From assembly GCF_964194155.1 (NCBI RefSeq), contig NC_135902.1, positions 46,500,001 through 46,564,000 on the forward strand: a DNA stretch of 64,000 nucleotides. The letters are read 5' to 3'. Of this stretch, positions 37,732 through 50,075 are shown piece by piece (the first letter of the stretch is position 1; each line of letters begins with the position of its first letter). The notes beneath the pieces are model-generated. The model saw only the letters and a program-made list of their open reading frames with translations. It made no database searches and was not told the DNA's origin. The stretch is from Cetorhinus maximus. Lineage: Eukaryota. A program made the position numbers and the translations under genes.

Positions 37732-38374
37732 GGCCAGAATCTTGGGCTCGGCGAGCGGGTGGGCGGAGCCTGCTCGCCAATGCGTAAAATGACGCGGGGT
37801 GACACCGGGCGTGTGCGTCCCGACGTCACCGCGCCTCATTCAGATTTTCAGTTCGGCGGGCGCGCACCCAAGTCAGCTGCGCGTCCGCCGAACTGTCAAA
37901 GGCCTATTAAGGCCATTTAAATATCAATTAAAGCGCTTAACGGAGCTGCCTGTCCAACTTTCACATTTATCATGGAACCCCATCCACTGGCGGGATGAGG
38001 TTTCATGAAGGTATTTAAAGTTTTATGAAAATTTTTCCTAACATTCATAGACATATCCCAGCTCATGTGACACTTTCACATGAGGGGACGTGTCTTAATT
38101 TTTTTTTTTTCTTTATTAAAATTTTCAGAACGTCAACTGATCTCCCTGAGGCAGCTCTTTGAACTCCCCGACTCAGGCAACCACCCACCCCCTGCCCGCA
38201 CAGGGAGCACACAGCGCTTCCGGCCTTGTGTCAGGCTGGACGGGCCTTAATTGGCCTGCCCACGTAAAATGGCAGCGCCCAGCTGATCGGGGGTGCCTAT
38301 CGACTGCGTGCCCGCCCACGCCCGTCCCCACACAAACCCCCACCCCCACCCCCGACTGAGAGAAAATTCTCTCC
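37732..38374. mobile_element. MITE family A, third copy, 3-bp TSD ATG
   Basis: ATG|GGCCAGAATCTT ... AAAATTCTCTCC|ATG. Confidence 0.85.
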
Positions 38375-38489
38375 ATGAGCGCTGTGCAATTCTGCATGTT
38401 CTGTGACTTACTCAGCTGCCAAAGATTTGGGGGAGATTAAAAAGAATTGTCCAACTGTTGTAAATCAAAGCAGAGAACTCGGTCATTAG

Positions 38490-39280
38490 GAAAGAAACTC
38501 AGAAAATGTTCGGCAGGTCTGGCAGCATCTGTGGACAAAGAAAAAAAGTTGACCTTTCAGGTTGATGACCTTTCAGATAGAGACAGGGGAAGAGGAAGCT
38601 GGGGGGGAAAGAACCAAAGGCATGGTCTCTGATAGGGCGGAAGTCAGGAAAGACTAAACGACAACAGGCTGTGCCAGGCCGAATGGGGTAGTAAATAGGA
38701 CAAGTAAAGAAACAAAAGATGTGTCAAGAGGAGCGACAGGATGGCAGAATTGTAATAGCTGCTGTCCAAAACCCAGAGAAAAAAAGAGAAACAAAACAAG
38801 GGAACAAAATGGGAGCAGCTGTTGTATTCTGAAATTGTTAAACTCAACGTTGAGCCCAGAAGGCTGAAAGATGGGGTGCTTTTCCACGAGCTTCCATTGA
38901 GCTTCTCTGGAACACTACAGGAGACCCAGGACAGAGTGGGGGCAAAGTGGAGAATTAAAACGGCCGGTGACCGGAAGTTCGGGCTCAGGCTTGTGGACTA
39001 AATGGAGGCGTTCAGCAAGGTGGTGGTCACCCAACCTGCATTTGGTCTGCCCATTGTAGAAGAGGCCGCATTGTGAGCACCAAATGCAGTATACTAAATT
39101 GAAAGAAGTCCATCTCTAATCTTAAAACATCTCTAACCCCCTTCAACCCCCCCAGATCTGATGAAGGGCCATGGACTAAAACGTTAAGTATGTTTCTCTC
39201 TCCACAGACGCTGCCTGAACTCAGAATACTGAGCATTCTCTTCTTATTGTAGATTTTCAGCATCTGTAGCATTTCTGCTC
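38490..39280. mobile_element. Older PLE (-) with inverted pseudo-LTR (+)
   Basis: Minus-strand GIY-YIG remnants NLVYCIWCSQCG and FQPSGLNVEFNNFR; + strand CTGATGAAGGGCCATGGACTAAAACGTT (decayed HHR, from 39158) followed by the pseudo-LTR tail. Confidence 0.8.
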
Positions 39281-40019
39281 TCAGAGAACACTGAAAATGT
39301 CCACCCCTCGAATGAGGGATGTACAAGCATCTCGCCACAGCTAAAACCGCAATCATTATTTTTCCATCCTTAGTTTTCTCCCCGGCATTCCTCTGTCCTC
39401 CTGTCGACTCCTTTCAGACCAGTGCTGCAGTAACATCAGCCTGATCCATCCCTCATTTGTGAGCCTTAGTGGTGGGTTTGGCCCTGTTGTATGTGCATTT
39501 CGTCACCACTGAGTCTGATGCCATCCACATCCCAAAGAAAATGTACTTGGGAATGGGAATGCTGCCTAATTTTCTTCCCACTTCTCTCGTGTTTGGGTGA
39601 CAGAGGCTAATTGGAACACCCTATTCCTGTCATAGCTGACATCAGCCAACTGTGTACAGATCCTCTGGTCTGCATAGCACTGGGGCCATTCCTTCATCAG
39701 GTACTTTGAGCATTTTCTACTTTTATGTAAGCTTTGCAGATAACTATAAGGTTCTATTAAAAACGCTGACGGTATTTAGGCTCTTGCTATTCACTAGTGG
39801 ATGTGCTGTTGGTCACAGTGAGTCGATGGATGTGTTCAGAACAGTGTTTCATGACAAAGTTGAGATTGGATCAGGAACTGAAAGATTGGCCCCTCAAAAT
39901 CAGAACATGCTGGAAGGGACACAGATTCTCAAAGGAGGGCAATACACGAGCGTTCATCCTACCTGCCCGAAAGGGGATTTGTGGAACCAAAATGAAGATT
40001 ACTGTCGAGAGAAAGAAAG

Positions 40020-40150
40020 GACTTGTGTTTATGGAGTGCCTTTTTATGACCTTGGAACATCCCAAAGCACTTTACAAACACTGAAGTAATTTTTGAAGTG
40101 TGGGCAATGTTGTAATTCCAAGAAACATTATAACAGTAATGGTTGTCTAG
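40020..40150 (-). mobile_element. SacSINE1/L2-type tail fragment
   Basis: catcccaaagcactttaca and gaagtaatttttgaagtg. Confidence 0.6.
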
Positions 40151-40514
40151 CAACCATTGTTGAGCAGTCTTTGAGGGATTCTATCATTCAGTGTCATGAG
40201 AGACCAGTTGCTGCTATATCAATTTAAGAAAGAGAAATACATTTGGCAAATTAATTTCGCCCACTGTTGCATGACTATTTCTGATTGTTTGAATTCAATC
40301 AGCTCCCTTCATAGTTCCATTGGGAACTGAGTAGCAGGGGCCAAGAAGATGTCGGATACAATTCTCGGTTGGTGCTGTTGTGCTAGCTAGTGCCAATAAG
40401 GATGTTTGTAGGGACCTTACAATGTGCCTCAACACCACTGGGAAGGGAGGGGGCATAATAATCAGCCAGAGTTCCTACTTCTGATCACTATGCAGTGATC
40501 TCTGCTGGAATGTT

Positions 40515-41265
40515 CCTGGGTTGTGGGTGTCGCTGGCTAGACCAGCATTTATTGCCCATCCCTAATTGTCCTTGAGAAGATGGTGGTGAGCTGCCTTCTT
40601 GAACCGCTGAAGTCCATGTGGTGTAGGTGCACCCACAGTGCTGTTAGGGATGGAGTTCCAGGATTTTGACCCAGCGACAGTGAAGGAACGGTGATATAGT
40701 TCCAAGTCAGGCTGGTGTATGACTTGGAGGAGAATTGCAGGTGGGGATGTTTCCATGCATCTGCTGCCCATGTCCTTCTAGGTGGTAGATGTCTTGAGTT
40801 TGGGAGGTCTTATCATAGGAGCTTTGTTGAGTTGTTGCAATGCATCTTGAATATAGTACACAATACTGCCACTGTGTTTTGGTGGTGGATGGTGTGAATG
40901 TTTAAGGTGATGGATGAGGTGCCGATCAAGCAGGCTGCTTTGTCCTGAATGAAGTTGAGCTTGTGTGTTGGGGTTGCACTCATTCAGGCAAGTGGAGAGC
41001 ATTCCATCACACTCCTGACTTGTGCTTTGTAGATGGTGGACAGGCTTTGGGGAGGCAGGAGGTGAGTTACTTGTTGCAGAGTTCCCAGCCTCTGAACTGC
41101 TCTAACAGCCACACGTGACTGACCAGAAACCTAGCTGATCTAATGTTAACCGCCTAGGATGTTGATGGTGTTCGATTTGTTGAATATCAAGAGGAGATGG
41201 TTAGATTCTCTTTGAGATGGTCATTGCCTGGCACTTGTATGGCATGAATGTTTTGCATGTACGAG
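40515..41265 (-). mobile_element. Second CR1-group LINE family, 3' fragment
   Basis: SWNSIPNSTVGAPTPHGLQRFKKAAHHHLLK. Confidence 0.88.
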
Positions 41266-42074
41266 ACTGTGAAGATCCCACAGTCAAATAGCTGCCAAGC
41301 ACCTATTCCCAGGCTCACGAATGAAGAACAAGTGCTTGGGCATGATACAAGAGGGTAGCCTTTGAACTGTATGCCTGAAAATACCATGAGGGGAGAAAAT
41401 TAAAGGGGGAGGCGGGAACTTGGAGGACTGCAGGCCTGAAACAGTTAATTTCTTTGAACTGGTTTAGCCTCAGATTAGCTCCTATTGGATATGAGGGAGA
41501 AAAATCAAATCTGCCGTAAATACCTTTGTTCAACTGATACAGAATGACCAACAGCACGAAGCAGCTGCAAGATACTGATTTTAATTTAAATGATTTATTT
41601 GTGAAAGTTGGACAGGAAATTCTGTCACATTTTTCCTCAAGCTATTTTTTTTTTACTTATCCCCATTTTTCCACCTGGATTGGCTTTGTGCCGAAGACCA
41701 GTTTTCAACAATTTACTTCGCTTGAAGTTTCGACCTTAAATGACCGCTGAGCGTCTTTGGTCTGCTGCACACAAGGTTGCAGATTAATACTGGGCCTCAC
41801 GGCAGCCAAAATAGGGCAGTGCTGCTTTGCCTTGTTTTTCCAGCAAGGGTTTTGAATACCACACTGTAAATAATTTAATTCATAATCAGAATGCTTTTTT
41901 GGCATCCTAAATTATTCACAATCACACGCTGAATAAGATCACAGAATTTTGTATCAATAAGTATGGCACAAATTCAAAAGGTGTTTTACTTTTGCCCTGT
42001 GTTTAAATTTCCACACTCAGCAACAAATTGGTCAATATCCAGAACCTTTTGCTGAGTGGACCATACATCGGTTT

Positions 42075-42303
42075 AAAAGCAAAACACTGTAGATGCTGGA
42101 AACCTGAATTAAAAACAGATGATGTTGGAAAAGCTCAGCAGGTCTGGCAGCCTCTGTAGAGAGAGAAACAGCTGACGTTTCGAGTCCGTGTGACCTTTCT
42201 TCAGAACTGGCCAATATTGGACTGGAAACGTTAACTCTGTCTTTCTCTCTCCACAGATGCTGCCAGACCTGCTGAGTTTTTCCAGCATTTTCTGTTTTTA
42301 ATT
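42075..42303. mobile_element. Fold-back PLE terminal insertion, 13-bp TSD (1 mismatch)
   Basis: CATACATCGGTTT at 42062-42074 and CATACATTGGTTT at 42304-42316; inverted arms. Confidence 0.92.
42169..42209 (-). ncRNA. Minimal hammerhead motif with canonical core and GUC triplet
   Basis: Minus strand CAGTT-CTGAAGA-AA-GGTC-ACACG-GACT-C-GAAAC-GTC-AGCTG. Confidence 0.75.
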
Positions 42304-42459
42304 CATACATTGGTTTGACAGGTTAACCCAATCCATAACAGCTTGTGGGTGTGATAATTCATGCCAGACTGTGTCTGATGTCAGTTAGAACAGAGCCTAA
42401 ACCTACACCACCCACACCCTCCACCACAACACACACACAATCAAGGCAAACACACAAAA

Positions 42460-42462
<3 letters not shown>

Positions 42463-42499
<37 letters not shown>
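42463..42499 (+). repeat. (AC)n microsatellite
   Basis: Direct reading. Confidence 0.97.
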
Positions 42500-42500
<1 letters not shown>

Positions 42501-42704
42501 CCCTATTCAATGCAATAAAAATAAATTGCGATCTCATTGAAAGGAATCTTTCAATATTGCATCCTCTTTGGAGCAGCTTTACTACAAACTTTAGGCCCTG
42601 TTTCATTCGAGACCACCAAGCTGACATTAGGGTGATCACTTAACTTTAGACCAAACAGCCTAGTATTTGAACTGGTGTCCAGAAATTTCTAAAATGTAAA
42701 ACAA

Positions 42705-42970
42705 AAGGACAAGGGCAGCAGATGCATGGGAACACCACAACCTGCAAGTTCCCTTCCAAGCCACACACCATCCTGACTTGGAAATACATCACCGTTCCTT
42801 CACCACCGCTGGGTCAAAATCCTGGAACTCCCTTCCCAACAGCACTGGGCATATCCCTACACCACATGGACTGCAGCGGTTCAAGAAGGTGGCTCACCAC
42901 CATCTTCTCAAGGGCAATTAGAGATGGACAATAAATGCTGACCTTGCCAGTGATGCTCACATTCTTATTA
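42705..42970 (+). mobile_element. Second CR1-group LINE family, 3' fragment
   Basis: Matches the reverse complement of 35140-35420. Confidence 0.88.
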
Positions 42971-43143
42971 GCAAATCAAAAAGGCAGAAAGGAATGGACA
43001 GTGGAATAACTGGGTTTGAAGCTGGTGGAGCACCCAGAAGGGAAAAACAGCTCTGACCGGTACTCTTATTTCCCAGTTTTTACTGTTTCATTCTTCGGGG
43101 TATGTAGCAAACCTCCTCGATCCCGCAGTCTCAATTTGGGGCC

Positions 43144-43615
43144 TAGGCTATTTTAACTCCTGGCTGATTGGCCCAAAATGGGATTAAAGGAGCAGCTGAC
43201 TGGCTGCTGGGAGGTCAGAGATTGCCTGCCAACACACAGGGCTTTTCGGCAGGGCCTGGTAAGCGGGGTGGGGAGAGTTGGGTGGTGGGAGGGGAAAGGC
43301 TAAGGAAGCAGAGGCCTACTGCTCCACCTGAGCCCCCCACCCCCCATAGATTACCTACTGGGCCTCTGCTTCTTCCGTGATAAGTTTGATTGAATCGAGT
43401 CTGTGGCAGGACAAAGTCAGCAGTTAAAATGGCCTCAGGGTGCTAATGGGCCATCATAAGACTGAATGCGGCGGGTCTCTCATCCAGCCAAGAAAAGGAC
43501 CCAGTCAAAGTGGCGACGGGCAGGAAGCAAGCGGAAACGGCACTACGTTTCCTGAGGTGATTTTAACTGCGGGGTCCACTCCCATCAGGCGAGAGGGGTT
43601 AAAATCGTATCACCC
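43144..43615. mobile_element. Degenerate GC-rich MITE
   Basis: Ends ggctattttaactcc and ggggttaaaatcg. Confidence 0.5.
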
Positions 43616-44299
43616 TGTCCAGTCTGAGTGATGAAATAGAAGTGTAATCCTTCAATGATGACAATGTGATGTAGAAACATTACTTATTTGGATGACATGG
43701 AGGCCGCTTGTGCTTCAGTGTATTTTCATCATCAGCAAAGCAAGAATCAAGATTCAAACCCCCATCCCATTCCCTGCCCTGCACCTACCGTACCCTCTGT
43801 TGGTTCAGTCTCAAGAACCTAAATAACGGAACAGAACTGTGCATTTGCACCATGGAGCTGGTAAAGGGCAAGTTCTCCCCCACTGTACTCTCTCTGAAAG
43901 AAGGGGGGTAATTCGAACAGGCTAAATCCAACTTGCTGTCCTTGCACACTTCTCTCAAGGTGCCGGGGGTGTGCAGGAGCAGACTGGGAGTAGGTCACAA
44001 GGGAAGATAACCTAAAAACTTTGTTAGCAAAAAGCAGTGGACTACCTTCATTTTGAAATTGGATAGAGAAATGTGGCACCTGCAGCCAGGGTAAATAGTG
44101 TGCTGTCATCGAATTTAAATTCATCTATGTTACATGGTAATTTGTACTTGGCAACAAGCTAGTCCATAAATAAAGTCTTGTCAGAAGAACTGTTGCCAAA
44201 CTGAATGTTATATTGTGTTGCAGCAGGAAGACAGTGACTCAAAAAATGGCACTGGGATTTCCTTATGAGTAAATGCATAATGCCATCTGATACTGATCC

Positions 44300-44605
44300 A
44301 GGATAACCAGGCAGGTCTCAGTTTAAGTCCCTGATGTGTGTCAAATTAACTGTGGCCATAGTTGGGATACTGGAATTGGCATTGGTCCTTTCCAATTGGG
44401 AAAGAGAAAAATTGGCCAAGGTTCCTGCTTCTGATCAAAATGCAACGATCCTGGCTGTAGGACACCCACTCGAGGAGAAGGACTGGGATCAGGAATGATG
44501 CTCCCTCCCCTCACCACATACAGAGCAAGTAGCCTGATGATCCAACTTTCCGTTAGGAACTCCCATGGAACCGGACCCCAACTTGAGTCAGCGTCTGCAT
44601 GAGAG
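44300..44605 (+). mobile_element. Old SINE-like repeat; related pieces at about 10640-10830 and 40340-40510
   Basis: Shared core gccaaggttcctgcttctgatc / gccagagttcctacttctgatc / gggttcttgctcctg. Confidence 0.5.
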
Positions 44606-45906
44606 GCTAGAAGTGAAGCGGATTTGTCGAGCTGCTCTTGCGGCCTGTTTTCTTATACATGTGTTATATCCCAGATGCCATGCAGCAAATGGTGTGTAAG
44701 AGCGCTGAGATTAACAAACAACTCATTAGAAATACCTACTTAACGGCTTGCTAAGACTTAGTTGAGTTGTAACAAATCCATAAGCTGTCACAATCTGATC
44801 TACTTCAAGCTGACAAATGTATTGTGGATCCTGTTGTCTCAATTTGTCCGTATTACAGAGCTCTGCTCCCATTGTTCGTTTCACTGCACAGCAATGGTAG
44901 CATCCAATCTCACACTCCTGATTCATGAGTGAAAGTTAAGAAGACTTGCTAACCCTACTCGAGTGTGATTCAACTTTCTCTAATGGTTGCGGAGTGTAAT
45001 TTCTGAGTATTAACAACAAGCAACTCATCTCAGAGCTGCACGATCTTGAACTTCAGTGTCACTGTCGCAGCTATTAATCATCATTTATTTAAGGAAAGCT
45101 TATGCCTTCAGTCTGTTTGATATTTTTTTGGTTGAAGTCAGTTTGACTTTACTTCAGTACGTGCCAGTTGGTACGCAATGCGAGTAAAGCTCCACAGGGT
45201 GGGCTGTGCTGCTGTGATGGGCATTCAACTAACATTTGCACCCGTCGTTGGTCAGAGATGCATTTGCCTAATGGCTTCATTTGCATCCCAATTGGAGTAT
45301 CATTGGTGTAAAACAGCTCCGGCGCATGGAAAATGGGGTGCAACTTTTAAAAAAAGACACCATACGGCCTGAACACTGCAGCAGCAGACTGGAGGAGGGG
45401 TTGGGGGATCTGGGGGGGAAGGATCTGGGTGGGGTGAGAAGCCAGGTAAGGAAGGGGCAGGACCTGGCTCACTCTTTGACTCTGGTTAACTGCACAACGT
45501 GGCTGATCAATCTTTTCAAGCGTAGAACTGGATATTCTCTGGAGGAAGCAGACAAAAAGGGCACCCAGGTACAGAAGAAAGACGCCAGGTTTTTCTGACC
45601 CTCGTCTCCAAGCCCGCTTTGAATTATCAGACTGGAGGATGTAAAATCGATTATTAAAAAGGGGGCCAAGGTGGGGTGCGGGGCGGGTGGGCATAGTAAG
45701 ATCCCGTGTCTGAAACAGGTGTTAAACCCTTTGCATGTGTAAATAAAAGGCCTGTCACCTGTCTGCGGTCCTCACTGCATGGTGGGTGCTGGCTGAACTC
45801 AAGTGCACACCAAGTGCACACGAGACCTAACTGGCAGTTCTTAAAGGGGCCACCACAGGCTGCAACCAAACAAGGTACGATTTTAAAATAGACTTACCTG
45901 AATGTG

Positions 45907-46582
45907 GGGCAGGACTTTTCAACCCCCCGATGGGACCAAACACAGAGGCGGGCGGGCATGGAACTTTGCACTGCTGGCTGGTGTGTAGGTTTGCTGCCAC
46001 CATCGGCTTTGGGCCATTTTCCCAGAGGCAGGATGGAGGGTGGCAGAGCTACCTGCCCGCAAGTGCCAGTAGTCAATTGAGGATCATTAAAAGGTCCTTT
46101 AAGGCCTATTGTCAGAGGCCAACTAGAATTTTCCAATCACTCTCGGGACTTGGAAGCTAGGCCAGCTGCCTGGAGGTGGCCTCCTGGTGTAGAGTTTGGG
46201 GGGGGGGGGACTAGTGCTCCAGCCAGGCTTTAAGGCCCTCCCGCCAGCCTGGCCATATCTGTGGCCACAGACAACTTTCCACAAAGGTGGCTGACTACCG
46301 AGTCTATTTTTTTTACTTGAGTTTAAAAAGTTGGGGAGAGAGCACCTTCATCTTGAGGCCCCATTTCTCTCCCTTACCTGAAATGGCGGCCAGCTGCCCC
46401 TTCAGTGCTGGGGGGGGGGGGCCTCCTATTGGCTCTCCAACTTTGAAAGCCCACCCGCATCCTTAATTCGATGGTGAGCACCAATTGGCAAATTTGGGGG
46501 AAATCACTGCCGGTGTGTGGGGTTGTGACCCTCTTTTGACCCTGAGGTTGAGGTCCCGGACCCAAAAGACAAAATCTTGTCC
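45907..46582. mobile_element. Harbinger-type MITE
   Basis: GTG|GGGCAGGACTTTT ... AAAATCTTGTCC|ATG. Confidence 0.7.
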
Positions 46583-46659
46583 ATGCAGTCAAGAGGAACA
46601 GGGAGTGCTGTTCCTGTCACCATACTCGAGAAGTGCAAGATCTCGCCATTCAGGCACAG

Positions 46660-47005
46660 TTTTAATATGTTGTAATGTAGGAAGTGCAGCAGTCAATTTA
46701 CAGGCAACAAAATCCTATAAATAGCGGCGAGATAAATGGTGGCATAATCTGTTTTAGTGATAAATGTTGGTACGGAGACAGGGGATAACTCCCCCGTTCT
46801 TCGAGTGTAGCCATGATACCTTTTACCTCCACCTGAGAGAGCTGTGGAGGGCCTTGGCTTAATGTCTCATCTGAAAGAGGGTGTCTCCGACCCCTTCAGT
46901 ACCATAGTGAAGAGACGGCCTAGATTTTGTATTTAAATCTCTGGAGGGGCACTGAATTCGCAACTTTTTGACCCAGGGGTGAGAACTGTACCAACTGAAC
47001 CACAG
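46660..47005 (-). mobile_element. SacSINE1-like SINE
   Basis: Reverse complement of 25028-25380; head accaactgaaccacag. Confidence 0.75.
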
Positions 47006-49719
47006 TTCATTTAACAGAGAATGGAAATTCAGTATAACAAGGTCCTGGGTGAGAAAGATGGGATATAATGTCAAGTACGAATCCTATTGTGTTTTTCTAG
47101 TATCTTCTATTTTTGTTTGAAATTGTCATTTTTTTTATATCAACCCTCACCTCATGCCCTACGCCTACCCTCCCTCCCCAACTCTTTCTTCACAGATTCA
47201 CTGGGCACAGTAATGTGAGAGAAGAGCTATTCGAACAAGGTGGGAGGTGAGCAACAGAGGCTGCACTTTGCATACAACGCTTTGAAACGACAGAAATACC
47301 GAAGTAGATGTTCCACTAATCTGCCTATCACAGGAAAACAAGGACTGACCTTTCCATCCAAGGTCCCTGGTCCCCCAGGGCAGAGACAGACAAGGTGAAA
47401 GCATTATTTCCAACTTAAGTTAAAGCACTAGAGTCTGAATGATAAATTTTACACCTAGTATCATTTGCGCTGGGAGAAATGGAGCAGGTATACGTCTCAT
47501 TCTTTCCTGTTGACATCTGTGCAACTTCCAGCCAAATATGAAACCAACTTTAAACGCTTAGAAATTGCATATACATTTAACACAGAGAAAAGAAATGGTT
47601 CAGAATCATCAGTTAACTCATTTCATTTTTGCCCTTAATAGAGGTTTGTCTGTCATTTTCTCTTGGGTCTTAAGGTTTACTATCTCTGATTAATTCAAAT
47701 CAAAATTCAGTGACAGTGCCATTCGATGGGAAGAGCTGCCTAATCACAATGATAGCCATAACCAGGTTTATTGCATGTTAGTGAGAGCGGCTTTTAATAC
47801 TCAAGTATCTACTAGTATTTCTGAAATTAGAATAATTTTTTTGAGACTGGCTGACCCTCCCAGTTTAATGTGCTATTTCTTTGTTGACTAAGCCAGTGGC
47901 TTCTCCATTACACTGCTGTTCCTGCTGTAAGTGACAGGGCAAGCATCACTTTATATTTTGCTTTATTTCAAAGCCATTTCAAGTGTTCACAAGGACACGA
48001 TTTAGAACTCAAGAGTCTTGGGTCTAATAATTAGACTGTTAGATGAAAAGAGCTTGTTGACTGCCAAGAATGGCTTTGAAGAGAGGAGCCAACAGACTGA
48101 GGCATTAAAATGCCAGTTGATTCTGAAGCCATTCACCTAAGTGTTAGATGTGTTACTTACTTTGATGGAGACAGTGGTGCAGCTGATAATATTGTAATTC
48201 TGCTGCTAATGGTCTGCCACAGTAAGATATATATATATAAATGATTGGATATTCAAGTAGAGCAGCACACTCCTGCTACCGCTCTTCATGTTGGCTGAGA
48301 GATCTGTTGCTACTATTCAAGTCCAGCTGTAGCTTTTATAGTGTGTGAGCCAGAAGTAATAGGAGGTTCAATAATGTATTTGCAACCACATGCAGAGCAC
48401 AGGTAAGGCAAGCCAGACTGGTTGGGGTACCAGCACAGATACTTACAAAATAAACTTGCAAAAAATTAGTTTCAAAAAAAAAACTGGAGTGAATTCCCTG
48501 AATATGTTACCATATCTCCCCAGCAAGAGGGTTAAATATTTCCATTAAAAAATGTTATTTGCTTAATGACTAGTTTAGCTTTTTAAAAAAAAATTATACT
48601 GATTGTATGGCAAACAGACTCAGAAATGTTTCCATTGGCCCATTGCTTGAGATTTTTAGGATTCACATTTGGAATGTCAGGGTCCCAACCCATTTCATTC
48701 CTACTAATTAATACAGTGTAATTTGAATGAAAGTAATTGTTATAAATCTATTTTTTAATATACTAATTGGTCTTTGGTGACATCGCTTGGAGACAAAAGC
48801 TTTTTTCAAAATGTGTCTGTTGTGCTGTTGCCACCTCTCTGCTTCTCTCTAATCTTTCAATCTCCCTCTCTATCTATCTGTTTTTTATATCCTCTCTATC
48901 GTGATGAGACTCTTTATTGTACGTTTCCCTGTGATGTTTTCATTTTTTTTCTTTCTCCCTCTTTCAGTTCCATTTTAGGTAACTTTATCTAGCCTTGTTA
49001 TGGTCCAGTTAAAATTGCTAATGTGCTGTTTATGAACATGGCTGTTCTCTCACACACACACACACACACACTAATCCACAATTGCTATTTATCTTGATTT
49101 AATTCCCAGATATTTTCTTGTGCTGGCAGATTGCCACAGTGGACCTAATACTTTTTTTTTTGTCTGGGGGGGGGAAAGAAATATCCGGCGGTACATTAAA
49201 TAGCCATAAACATTAATCAAACCTCTCTTCTCTCGCAAATCCCATCCCTATTTTCTCAACCGCAAGCCTGATATAATATGCTGCTGCAGATACCGCAGAA
49301 TTTTTCAGCTTGTTACTGCATCCAGGATGTCACGTCCGTTGTAACAATCAGCAACAATATCACAGCCTCTCCTTGTGGTTGTACCCCAGGATGCTGTGAT
49401 TCCAAAATGGGAGAGGGGCATTAGAGTTAGCAAGAGACCCTATCCAAAATTATAACTTCAAGAGTTTTAAAACTGATTGAGAATGAGGACCTGTCTCGGC
49501 TGTGAAATTCTAATAAATGTAATGATATCCTGATGGCTTAATTAATTTTGCACATTACAAAGTGATAGTTTAAAAATTGCCCCAGGAAACCAAGCGACAC
49601 CAGTCCTACTTTATGACGACCATTATTTCTCTAATATCCCACAGACCAATCAGCTTGGTCAGTGACACAAGACATTGCTCAAGACTTCCACCGAGTTTTC
49701 AACTGGTTAATTTTAACGA

Positions 49720-50075
49720 TAGTGGCGATGTTACTGGGCTAGTAATCCAGAGGCCCAGGCTAATGCTGTGGGGTGGCGAGTTCAAATCCCACCATGGCAG
49801 CCAGTTGAAGTTAAATTCAATTAATAAAAGCTAATCTCAGCAACGGTGACCATGAAACTATTGTCGATTGTTGTAAGAACCCATCTGGCTCACTAGTGAA
49901 GAGAACCTGCCATCCTTACCCGGTCTGGCCAACATGTGACTTCAGACCCACAGCAGAGTGGTTGACTCTTAACTGCCCTCTGAAATGGCCTAGCAAGCCA
50001 CTCAGTTCAAGGGCAATTAGGGATGGGCAACAAATGCTGGGCCTGCCAGTGATGCCCACATCCCATTAAAGAATT
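49720..50075 (+). mobile_element. tRNA-derived SINE sharing its 3' tail with the second LINE family
   Basis: B box GAGTTCAAATCCC; tail tcaagggcaattagggatgggcaacaaatgctgg matches the LINE ends at 42910-42950 and 57395-57435. Confidence 0.85.

Noticed and set aside
39652-40089. 145-aa ORF
   Set aside because: Starts and ends in SINE-like remnants; no recognisable homology.
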